A stretch of 53,116 bases of DNA, filler included, from Jimgerdemannia flammicorona (Eukaryota): NCBI GenBank assembly GCA_003990765.1. It is 2 parts of 2 records of this genome, joined end to end, with 100 filler letters (N's around TTAATTAATTAA, not from the genome) between each part and the next. Parts side by side here need not be neighbours in the genome. Positions count along the whole stretch, not along the records: positions 26,613 to 53,116 come from RBNJ01000723.1; 1 more part is not named here. The stretch is one strand, 5' to 3'. A program made the translations under genes and the position numbers. This document shows, piece after piece, positions 26,513 through 37,171 of the stretch. The notes below the pieces were generated by a model. The model made no database searches. It saw only the letters and a list, made by a program, of their open reading frames with translations, and was not told the DNA's origin. The stretch's first letter is position 1; every line of letters starts with the position of its first letter.

Positions 26513-26612
26513 NNNNNNNNNNNNNNNNNNNNNNNNNNNNNNNNNNNNNNNNNNNNTTAATTAATTAANNNNNNNNNNNNNNNNNNNNNNNNNNNNNNNN
26601 NNNNNNNNNNNN
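26513..26612. other. Artificial assembly joiner (N44-TTAATTAATTAA-N44)
   Basis: Exactly 100 nt with a central linker that has stops in all six frames. Confidence 0.97.
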
Positions 26613-26909
26613 ATCTCGGCAACACGTAATCCGATTTTAATGTTCTTGGTATCATTAGAAAGGCCTTATTAAGGGCTTTCAAATGACACCAAGATCATCA
26701 AATTTGGATGATTATTCATCAAGTTATTGATGTAAACATTTAATTGTCTAATTTGGAAATCAAAACAATGGTTGATTCGAATCCGATTCGAATCCGATTC
26801 GAATCCGATTCGAATCCATCCGGATGGGATTCGAATCCGATTCGAATCTGATTCGAATCCAATTTGAATCCATCCGAATCCCATCCGGATTGACTCATTC
26901 GGAGCACTA
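26613..26909. mobile_element. Right end of a young hAT-family MITE or element
   Basis: Ends in ...TTCGGAGCACTA (TIR TAGTGCTCCGAA) after tandem palindromic GATTCGAATCC subterminal repeats; CpGs largely intact. Confidence 0.8.
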
Positions 26910-28466
26910 CATCACATGGTGGAGGTCTCAAAAGGAACAGAAGTAAGCCTTCATGAGCAATCTTGTACAACTTGTACAACTCATTGGCATATAACTTATC
27001 AGTATACAGCTCACTCACTCACTCACTCATGCTCTATTTCTGTAATACCCATCTCCATGTTTTATTTAATTTCATTTTTTATGTGGTCTCTTCCTAAAAA
27101 ACACTCATATCTGCATGCAATCTGCCTACATGCAACTCACCTATATACAGCCTGTCTACATATAACCTGTCTGCATGCAACCCATCCATATGTAACCTAT
27201 CTATACACTTATCTCAGTCCCTCAGATCAGGGCTCAGTTCTATTGGAAAGGAGAGTTCAAAGTTACTCGAGTTCAACTACATCCAGCATCTGATCAAATA
27301 GAGAAATTCAAGGGCAAGATATTTAGCATAAGTAGTACCAGCATTGTCATCAAGGCTTGGAGATCTATATTCGAATCAGAGCTAATCATTCTTGACTAAG
27401 GGGTCTATTGGCCAGCAGAAGTAACCAATGACAAAGAGAACTATATCTTTATTAATTAATGTAGAGAGGTGGCTGTGATAGTGATAAGAAATCTCTACAG
27501 TAATGAGCTTCACCACTATATCAACAAGATTTGCAAGGATTGTGTCAAATACTGGGTGGTAGAAAAGAGGGAGTGAAAAAAGCAAGGAGGGGGGGTTTGG
27601 ACAGGAATTGGATATACTATAACACTGATAAAGGGTGGGTTCTAGAGTTTTGAAATCTCCTACACTTGTCTCTCTTTTTTTTTACTCCTCCCCAGATAAA
27701 CCACACTCTTCACCAATATACTCTTTTTGATACAAATCCAGGGATACATAAGATTCTATACCCCTACTGAAACTTTAGAAGTACTATCAAAGAGCAAACT
27801 GCATGCAAGCATGACACAGCCTATGTGGCAATAGTGGCTATGATCTGGGGTTCTTTGAGCAGATTGGTAGAGCATATGGCAGGCCAGCTTGGTGGTGATC
27901 CCAGTGTGGCTGTATGTATATTCTTAGTGCAATTTAGTATGCTGTATGAGGTAAGGAGCTCTGCTTTTTTGAGGTGCTACAGCCCAGGGGGTTTCTGCAG
28001 CCCAGGGGGTTTTTGCTCCCCCCATACACAAAAAGAACTGACTGGTTGCCATCTGTTTTGGTAGGTTTCCAAACTGGGACTCTCAGGACTGGACCAAGAG
28101 CAGGCATCCACTAGCACAGCCTGGTAGTATGAGGTCCTGGACCAAGGGTTCACCCAACTGTATGCTTGTATCATATCAGGATATGTCAGGTGCAATCTTT
28201 CTCTGCCTATACACACAGACAACAATATCACCCCAGTAATGTTTTATATTTCAGAAAGGAAGGGCCCAACCTGGGAGGATAGCAGCAGAGTCTGGTACAA
28301 CCTCACCTATGGTTTCAGGGTCCCATTTGCAGCCAACATGACCATCCTCTTTCAACCACATGACTACCATAGTACCATTGCCTTCGAGGAGAGCTTGGAT
28401 ACAACAGTTGTCACACTCACAACAGATGATAGACTCATCAAGGCCTGGAACTGGTGGGTGGAGTAG
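26910..28466 (+). pseudogene. Spliced, decayed TET/JBP-like Fe(II) dioxygenase gene (exons 26910-26942, 27226-27634, 27742-27950, 28065-28466; 5' end cut by a MITE)
   Basis: Three GT-AG introns with matching phases give one reading frame (a few TAA/TGA/TAG stops) ending ...GYVRCNLSLPIHTDNNITPVMFY...SSRVWYNLTYGFRVPFAANMTILFQPHDYHST...; HxD plus a distal His about 52 residues later. Confidence 0.62.
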
Positions 28467-29500
28467 TTTTTGTGAGAGTTAGGCAATCTTTCACAAGGGA
28501 TAGGCAGTCTTTCATGAGGGTTAGGCAGTTATTTTGCATGAGTTGGGCAGTCTTATGTGAGGGGTTGGGCTGGGCACCTCTTCTGTAGTACTAGCTTAGC
28601 TATTATGCAGGGCCCTACCAGCCCCTTGGCCCTGCTCTGCAGTATCACTGGTATGGCACTGTGGCACAGGGCCAGAGTGCCCATGAGACTCAAACTGGTG
28701 ATGGGGCCTGAATCTATGGTGGACTCTGACTGCTGGAAATGCCCTCTAACTGCCAGAAGCACTCTCTGACTGCTAGAAGCACCCTCTGACTGCCAGAAGC
28801 ACCCTCTGCCCCAGACTCCTTGGTAGCTTGGGGCTGCTCCTGTGCCACTAGTAAAGGGCCACAAATTTTGCACACTCCCTCTACCTGCCCTACTCATCCC
28901 AGACACTTGCAGCTTAAGGCTGCCTCTTGCTACCAGCAGAGGGCTGCAAATTTTGTATACTCTCTTATCAACCCCATACCCACTGACCCTGCCAACCGAC
29001 CCTGCCCACTGACCTGGGTGCTGACAGCTTGGGGCTGCCTCTCACTGCTGGCAGAGGGCTGCAAATTTTGTGCACTCTCTCCATCTGCCCTGCTCATCTC
29101 AGATACTTGTAGCTTGGGGCTGCCCCTTGCTGCCAGCAGAGGGCTGCAAATTTTGTATGCTCTCTCCACTGACCCTGTGCCCACCAACTCCACTGACTGA
29201 CTCTGCCCACTGATCCAGGCACTGACAGCTTGGGGCTGCCCCTCACTGCTGGTGGAGGGCTGCCCCTCACTACTAGCAGAGGGCTGCAAGTTTTGTGTGC
29301 TCCCTCTACCAACTCCCCCAACTGGGACACTTGCAGCTTGGGGCTGCCCCTTACTGCTGGCAGAGGGCTGCAAATTTTGTGTACTCCCTCTGTCAACCCA
29401 CCCACCAACCCAGGCACTGACAGCTTGGGGCTGCCCCTTGCTGCTGGCAGAGGGCTACAAATATTATACACTCTCTCTGCCACTAATCCCACCAACCACT
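28467..29500. repeat. Imperfect tandem repeat array between the dioxygenase and hAT transposase 3' ends
   Basis: About eight copies of agcttggggctgcc...gcagagggctgcaaattttg at ~80-120-bp spacing (28820-29480), plus short 20-23-bp repeats at 28475-28560 and 28725-28805. Confidence 0.9.
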
Positions 29501-29627
29501 ACCTACTTGGGCCACAAACTCTGGGCCAAGTCCTCAGGGTTTTTTACCTTTTTATTATTTTTGAAAGGTATTAAATATTCCACAAGGCCAACCAATTTAT
29601 CTGCGAACCCCCAGGACCTACTGAATT

Positions 29628-32330
29628 TTAGTGGCCCAAGCCCCACTAAGACTTCAGACACATATACACCCAGATTGTCTCAGCATTCAGCACACACCTC
29701 TTTGGGGCAACAAGGTCTACCCTACCTGAGAATATCTGCTCGATGGGAGCACTAGAGGCAAGAATTGCCAGGTAGTCCCAAGTCATACCACACAGGCTGG
29801 GGAAGTCTGTTTGATGCAGCTACATACTCTAGTAGATAGAGTGGTGGGTAGAGTGGTGGTTAGATTGGTGGGTTAAATTGGTCCAATGCCCATCTGACAA
29901 CCCACCTTCCACCAGTTGAGCATCTCCATGCCCTCCAGCAGGATCACATGGTCACTGGTGAAATAAATGATAAGTTCATCTATTGACAGTAGCTCTTTTA
30001 CTGACAGCTCCCTCTTCCTCTTTCTGCTGAAGTAAATGTGGGGCAGGAGGGATCCCTCAGTATATTCATCTGGACTTCAGCTGGAACCTTGTGGCAGCAC
30101 ATAGTTTTCCTGGTACACTTTGATTATGGCCTGCTTGGTTCTCTCAATGAAGTGCTGCTCTCAGCCCTGATCTTTATGGTATTGTAGCTTTAAGCATAGG
30201 TCCAGCACTGTTTAAAGGAGAGGAGAGAGTGAGTTTTTGCAGAGGTTTCTCTGTTTTGGAAGAGGCAATAGCCACATACTGATATTGACATACCTGTACT
30301 GATTGAATATATAGCAGTATCTGTTTGGGAGTAGTACTTTCGGAACTTGCTAAGAGCAATCTCCATGGCATCTCTCTGATCTGAGCTTAACTGTAAATTA
30401 CCATAACCCTCCAGCCTGTCCTCAAGCTTGTCCTCTAGCCAGTCAATCAGAAGGTTGTATACTAGTATTGCCAAGCTTATTGTCAGGATCATTTATTTGA
30501 CTATATCCTTTGTACAATCATTGAAATACTGACAGTTATATGTGGTGAGGTATTGCATTGTGTGGAGGCAGACAAAATAAGTATGAAGGCTAACAAAATA
30601 AGTATGGAGCCAGAGCAATTACCACTTACTTCTAAAACTCTGACAATATTCCTAAGTACATCCCACTCACTTTTACCTAGAGCCTCGGCCCATATTTCCT
30701 TATCAGCAGTCACTGTTGAATCTATTGGCTTTTTTTGTTTTTTGTTTTTTTTTTTTTTAAAATAAATCTTCAATTATCTAAAACAAGTTGCTTCAGTCAA
30801 CTGAAGAAAAAATGAATGTATACTATAGCAAACTCCAGCATGTGCTGGATCATTGCAAATGTTGATTTCTAATGTATACAGATGTCCAATATAAGCTCTG
30901 TCAGGGCTAAACTAATTGCCCTACACTGTGTAGTGAATTTGTCTTGTCATTGTGGGGATGATCAGACTGATACAACCAGATTGCACAGCTTGGAAATTAT
31001 ACTCAGGGCTCCTCCTCTCTTGGATGTTTTGTCTATGTGAATAAGATAGTTCTGAACAGTGAGGTTCAGTATATGGGCCTGGCATCACACATGACAGCTT
31101 TCTGCACTGAAGGCCATATTTTCCTGTTTGAGGCTGGCTGCTAAAACTTTGAAAAATGTTGAGTTATTTGTGTTATTGTCCATTATAATGACCAAAATCT
31201 GTACTTGAAATATTTGGTTAGTGAATTTATGTGAAAATAAATAACTAATAAAATCTGGTTTGATTTAGGATCTCCCTCAAAACACTGACCTGACAGCAAG
31301 CCCCCCTTTTTTACCTTGGTTGTGATCCCAAGCTCTTGGATATAACTAATAAAAACATCTGCAATGTTGTCTCCAGAATGAGGGCCAGCAAGTTTGATGA
31401 AGTCAAGGGTGAGAGATTTAAGCTGCCAATTGAGGTCAATCTAATAACCAGTAATGCCCAGAAATGAAATTGCATTGGGGGATGTCAATATGTCGATCAT
31501 AAATGAAATTTTGTCTGCTGAATTCTGCTTATTGAATGTGATGTTAAATTTGTGAGCTCTTTTATATAATTCAGCTTGCAAAGATCATGGTGCTGCCCTT
31601 ATTTTACCTGAAGTGTCTGGTGGAGATTGTCATGCTCCTTCATAGGTCTCCAGGACATCTTTGCAAATAGTATTGGTACTTGGCAAATATAAATCATACT
31701 TGAGGAGGCCAAAGATGCTATGTAATTAATCACTCTCGATAGTTGTGAATGGCTGGTCTGTGTACACAATCCAGTGAATAAGCCGATTTTGAAATTCTGC
31801 CAAAGTGTATGGCTAAGTATTTTTGATTAAATGGTGTTGTTGGTACAGAAATGGTCAGGCAATCAGATAAATATACACACAACAGCTTGGATGTTGATTT
31901 TATTTATCTCTGTGTTCTTTTTGATTTTGTTAGAGTGCTTGTCTTTTATGTGTTAATTCATATTCGAAGTCATACCCTCAAGCATTTTGAACTTCTGGCT
32001 GGTGCAGTTTATGGGGGTAGATGAAACAATATCATGTGTATGTCAAAATAAACAAAAAGTATCAATAGGTGCATCTTAATTTTTCACCTGCAATAATTAC
32101 AAACAATATCATCTCCTATCTTAGTACAATATTGCCAGATTTTGGAGCAAAAATTACATGGAAGGTGTGGAACTATCAGGGATATTTGACTTGAAGCATT
32201 ATTGGTACTGTGAACTGTTGAAGACTGATCTGTCAACATGTGTGTTTGCATGTTTGCATGTATATATATATATATGTGTATGTATTGTGTATGTGTGTGT
32301 GTGTATTGTATTGTGGATATGTTCGACATA
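29628..32330 (-). pseudogene. hAT transposase, intron-containing, decayed (copy 1)
   Basis: BED-like SKIWQY...IVCNYC; WIVYTDQPFTTIE; DILTSPNAISFLGITG; DFIKLAGPHSGDNIA; MDN..NN; CQAHILNL; C-terminal dimerisation motif DYLAILASSAPIEQIFS...LNAETI...CLKS. Confidence 0.9.
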
Positions 32331-32339
32331 TGAGTTATG

Positions 32340-32678
32340 TGGAGGATTTGGATTGGAGGATTCAGTTGAAGGATTCAGATGAGGATTCAGATTAAAGGAT
32401 TCAAATTGCAGGATTTGAATTAGAGGATTTGAATTGGAGGATTCATATTGAGTTATTTGGATTGAGTGATTCAGATTGAGTAATTCAGATTGAGTAATTT
32501 GGATTGAGTGATTTGAATTGAGGTGGTTCAGATGGATGATTCGGATGGGGTAATTCAGATGGGGTAATTCAGATTAATCCAAGTTGATTCAGATGGCTTT
32601 GGATTTGAGATTTGGATCAAACCATTATGTGACAAATCAAATCCGAATTTGATTCAAATTGACTCATTCAGAGCACTA
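32340..32678. repeat. Subterminal GATTCRGATT-like repeats and TIR of hAT copy 1
   Basis: Short repeats ending in GACTCATTCAGAGCACTA at 32678. Confidence 0.85.
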
Positions 32679-33004
32679 CTTGTACATATGTTGGAGTTTC
32701 AGATATATATATGTCTTCAGTTATAGGTATATAGTTGTTTACTCTTTAGTAGTAGAAAGAGCATAGTGTATAGAATAAGATATGAGTAACTATAACTGCT
32801 ATATCTAGTATAGTCAAGCTACTAGACAATAGCTATATAACCTAGATTTAATAGAGATATAGTGCTTGGGGAGTAGTAATAGAGAGTTTTGGCCTATATA
32901 ATCTAAGTTCTCTTCTAATAAAATCTACAGAACTTTGAGTCTATAAAATAAAAAAAAAAATAAAAAAAAAAAAAAAAAAATAATAAAAAAAATAAAAATA
33001 AAAA
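32679..33004 (+). mobile_element. Possible strongly decayed retroposon 3' end with A-rich tail
   Basis: AATAAA at ~32917 followed by a ~60-nt A-rich tract at 32944-33004; no TSD identified. Confidence 0.3.
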
Positions 33005-33024
33005 TCTTTTGGCATGCAGTTTCC

Positions 33025-34976
33025 TTTTTTTTTTTGTTTTTTTTTTTTTTAAAATAAATCTTCAATTATCTAAAACAAGTTGCTTCAGCTGACCAAAGAA
33101 AAAAAGGACACATACCACAGCAAACTCCAGCATGTGCTGGATTATTGTAAATGTTGAGTTCCAATATATACAGACATCCAATATAAGCTCTTTCAGGGCT
33201 AAACTAATTGCCCTACACTGCATAGTGAATTTGTCTTGTCATTGTAGGGACAATCAGACTGACACAACCAGGTTGCATAGCTTGGAAATTATACTTAGGG
33301 CCCCTCCTCTCTTGGATGTTTTGTCTATGTGCATAAGATAGTCCTGAACAGCGAGGTTCAGTACATGGGCTTGGCATTATATACAGCAGCTTTCTGCACT
33401 AAAGGCCACATTTTCCTGTTTGAGGCTGGCTGCTAAAACTTTGAAAAATATTGAGTTGTTTGTGGCATTGTCCATTGTAATGGCCAAAATCTATACTTAA
33501 AATATTTGGTCAGCAAATTTATGCAAAAATAAATAACCAATAAAATCTGGTTTGGTTTAGGACCTCCCTCAAAATACCAACCTGATGGCAAGCCCCCCTT
33601 TTTTACCTTGGTTGTGATCCCAAGCTCCCAGATACAACTAATAAAAGCATCTGTGATATTATCTCCAGAATGAGGGCCAGCAAGTTTGACAAAGTCAAGG
33701 GTAAGAGATTTAAGCTACTAATTGAGATCAATTCAATGACTGGTAATGCCCAGAAACAAAATTACATTAGGGGACATCCATGTGTCGATTGTAAATGAAA
33801 TTTTACCTACTGAATTCTGCTTATTGAATGTGAGATTAAATTGGTAAGCTCTTTTATATAATTTAGCTTGCAAAGGTCATGGTACTGCCCTTATTTTACC
33901 TGAAGTATCTGGCAGAGATTGTTGTGCTCCTTTCTATAGGCCTCCAGGATATCTTTGTAAATAGTATCAGTACTTGGCAAATATAAATCATGCTTGAGGA
34001 GGCCAAAGATACTATACAATTGATCACTCTCAATAGTTGTGAATGGCTGGTCTATATGTATATACAATTCAGCAAATGAGTCAATTTCAAAATTCTGCTG
34101 AAGAGTATGGCTAAATATTTTTGATTAAATGGCATTATTGGTACAGAAATAGTTGGGCAATCAGATAAACAAACCCACCACAGCTTGGATGTCAATTTTA
34201 TTTGTCTCTATGTTCTTTTTGATTTTGTCAGAGTACTTGTCTTTTATGTGTCAATTCATGTTCAAAGTCGTACTCCTAAGCATTTTGAATTTCTGGCTGG
34301 TGCAGTTTATGGGGGTAGATGAAATAATATCATGTGTATGTCAAAACAAACAAAAAGTGTCAATAGGTATATCTTAATTTTTTACCTACAATAATTACAA
34401 ACAACATCATCTCCTATCTTAGTACAATATTGCCAGATTTTGGAGCAAGGATTGCATGGAAGGTGTAGAACTATTAGGGATATTTGACTTGAAGCATCAT
34501 TGGTACTGTGAACTGTTGAAGACTAATTTGTTGACATATATATTTTCATGTTTACATGTATATACATATATATATATATATATTGTATATGCATATATAT
34601 ATATTGTGTTGTGGACACATCTGGCATATGAGTCATATAGAGAATTTGGATTGGAGGATTCAGTTGAAGAATTTGGATGAGGATTCAAATTGAAGGATTC
34701 AAATTGGAGGATTTGAATTGGAGGATTTGAATTGGAGAATTCAGATTAAGTAATTTGGATTGAGTGATTTGGATTGAGTGATTCAGATTGAGTGATTCAG
34801 ATTGAGTGATTCAGATTGGGGTGGTTCAGATGGGTGATTTGGATGGGGCAATTCAGATAGGATGATTCAGATTAATCTGAGTTGATTTGGATGGCTTCAG
34901 ATTTGAGATTTGGATCAAACCATTATGTGACAAATTGAATCCAGATTTGATTCAAATTGACTCGTTCAGAGCACTA
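33025..34976 (-). mobile_element. Truncated hAT element (copy 2), direct repeat of ~30731-32678
   Basis: Collinear with copy 1 from the poly-T tract to the TIR (...TTCAGAGCACTA at 34976); lacks the C-terminal transposase part. Confidence 0.9.
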
Positions 34977-35111
34977 CCTGCAGACCTCAATCACATTGCT
35001 ATGTCAGCTCCTAATTTTAGTTGAGTGTAGTCAAGATACCTGAAATAGGTAGTCTCAGGCCCCCCTAATAACTAGGGCCCAACCTGTCAAATTGCCAAAA
35101 AAAGCTGAGAG

Positions 35112-35498
35112 TAGTGCTCCCAAATAAGTCAAATCAATTCAAATTGAATCAAATTGAGGGTTAAACAAGTTGAATCGAATTGGAGATTTTTCAATTCAAA
35201 TTAATTCAAATCAAATCAAAAGTCAAATCAAATTGAGGGTCTGATTTGAACCCTAAATTTCAAAATGTAATAACTCAGTGTAAACTCATCCAAATCTAAT
35301 GTACTTTAGCTTGTTAGAATCACATTAATACAGTGAATCTAACAAGCTAAAATACATTAAATTTGGATGAGTTTTTGTCAAGTTATTACATTTGAAAATT
35401 AAGGGTTGAATTGAACTTCAAATCGAATTGGACCTTTGATTTGATTTGAATCAAATCAAATTGGACCCTTGATTCGATTTGATTCGTTAGGAGCACTA
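35112..35498. mobile_element. hAT-family MITE
   Basis: TIRs TAGTGCTCC / GGAGCACTA; 8-bp TSD GCTGAGAG / GCTAAGAG; AATCGAAT-like subterminal repeats; internal inverted repeat. Confidence 0.9.
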
Positions 35499-36109
35499 GC
35501 TAAGAGTGACACCTATCACCTAACTGCTCTGCACTAATCAAAAGACCCTACTGAAGTAGCACCTACCCTAGCCCCAATGATTGCTCTTAGTCTGGCACCC
35601 TACTGGTTCACCATTATCACCCTTCCTCCTATCTGTGATGGCCACCTCTCCTCCCATACTAACAACATCTGAAAAGCAGTCACCTATACCAGAACCATGC
35701 TCGCTGGGAAGCTTGCTAAAGCCAGAGGGCCCCATCATAGATATTAAGGACCTACAGGTAACCTATATTGAGCACTTGATGTCTAAGATTGGCCAACTCT
35801 CTACATAGCCTGTGATATACTGAGATAGTATCTTATTAGTGACAGCAAAAGAAAGAAGGTGCTGTACCAAAACAGATATACTTCAGACATAACTGAAGAC
35901 ACCAGAAACTGTGAAAAAGTAGAGAAGACACTAATCTGATACTGATAAAGGGGCAACTCATCACTATTTCCTCTCTTCCACTGTTCTACAACAGGTATAA
36001 CAAACCAAACTGAGGTAGAGGGAATAATAATTGTAGAAAGTGGACTTGAAAGATTATCTACCAAACCAATGTGACTGGTAAGATAGCAGAGAAAGAGGTA
36101 TATACAGAA

Positions 36110-37125
36110 CAAGTCTCTATATTCTCCTATTATCTTAAGCTATCTGAAACTATAAGAGTATATCTAGTCTCTTATATATTCTACCTTAAGGTCTAGAACT
36201 AGTTACTACTCTCTTCTGATTGAATTTTCAAGCCTTCTACTCCTATAATTATTGAAGACCATATTAAGTATGAGGTTGAGAAAAAAAATATACTACTGCT
36301 AATCTAAATATCTGATCAAATAGATAAACTATCCTAAATATGATACTATTTAGGAACTACTAGTCAATCTCAAGAATATATATATAAGATCTTATTTAAG
36401 ACTTTAAGGCAAAATATATACTTCTATCTTTACTTACTAGCTTAATATACTTTTATATAGATATAGTTACTTTTAGTAAGCTTACTCAAAATAATAAGAA
36501 GTTTTCTCTAAGTAGTTTGAACTTCTAACTACTAAGTCTTTAGCTCTCATCTTATATAAAGTAGCCAACTCTTTATAATAGTATCTATATAAATTTGAGA
36601 AATTTTAGTTAAATATAACTAATCTTAGAATTCAATAAGAATATTAATTTTTTAAAAGAGAGAGATGTAATAATTTCTTAGTTATATCTTAGTTATAGTA
36701 TATTTTTATATTTTTTCTCTAGTCTTTTTCTGTCTTTCTTAAATATTCTATAATATTCCAATATCTTTTAAATACTTAGAAATTCTCTCTTAATACTAAG
36801 ACTTTATTAGAACCCTTTGTCTTTTTTCAGTATTAAGAATCTTATCTTAACTAGTTATTAAATCTCTTGGAATATTGTAGAATTCTATTAGTCATCTTTA
36901 CTAAAAACTATCTTTCTTAGATTTTTATTTCTAAGATTCTTTCAGATCTTTCTTTCAAATCTTATATAAATATCCTCTTCTTCTACTTAAATAAAACTTA
37001 GCTTATTTTTCTCTAGAAATCCTTCAAAACTATCTAAATCTATAAGTATCTCTTTGAGCTACTTTAGACTTATTAAAACCTTTCAGATTTAGTCACTTTC
37101 TCTTAAAGAAATTAAAACTATTATA
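36110..37125 (+). mobile_element. Heavily decayed 3' end of a second Gypsy-2-family copy (chromodomain, PPT, 3' LTR 36666-37125)
   Basis: 36240-36420 aligns by eye to the chromodomain at 26100-26285; purine tract aaaagagagaga precedes an LTR homologous to 21857-22321. Confidence 0.8.
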
Positions 37126-37171
37126 GTCTGAGATAGACTATTCTTTAGCTGATAGATTGTATATTTTTACA

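Noticed and set aside
26768..26890. tRNA genes or B-box cluster suggested by TTCGAATCC
   Set aside because: These are tandem subterminal repeats next to a hAT TIR, with no cloverleaf.
28820..29480. CRISPR-like repeat-spacer array
   Set aside because: Repeats are degenerate, spacers resemble each other, there are no cas genes and the context is eukaryotic.
28553..29755. Several overlapping 100-170 aa ORFs on both strands
   Set aside because: They are translations of the GC-rich tandem repeat, with no domain content.
35507..36110. Coding-like fragment after the MITE
   Set aside because: Stop-ridden with no recognisable motif; probably a TE remnant but not assignable.
36666..37125. The 3' LTR belonging to Gypsy-2 at 21857
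   Set aside because: It has its own duplicate chromodomain, is much more decayed and lies across an artificial gap, so it is a separate copy.
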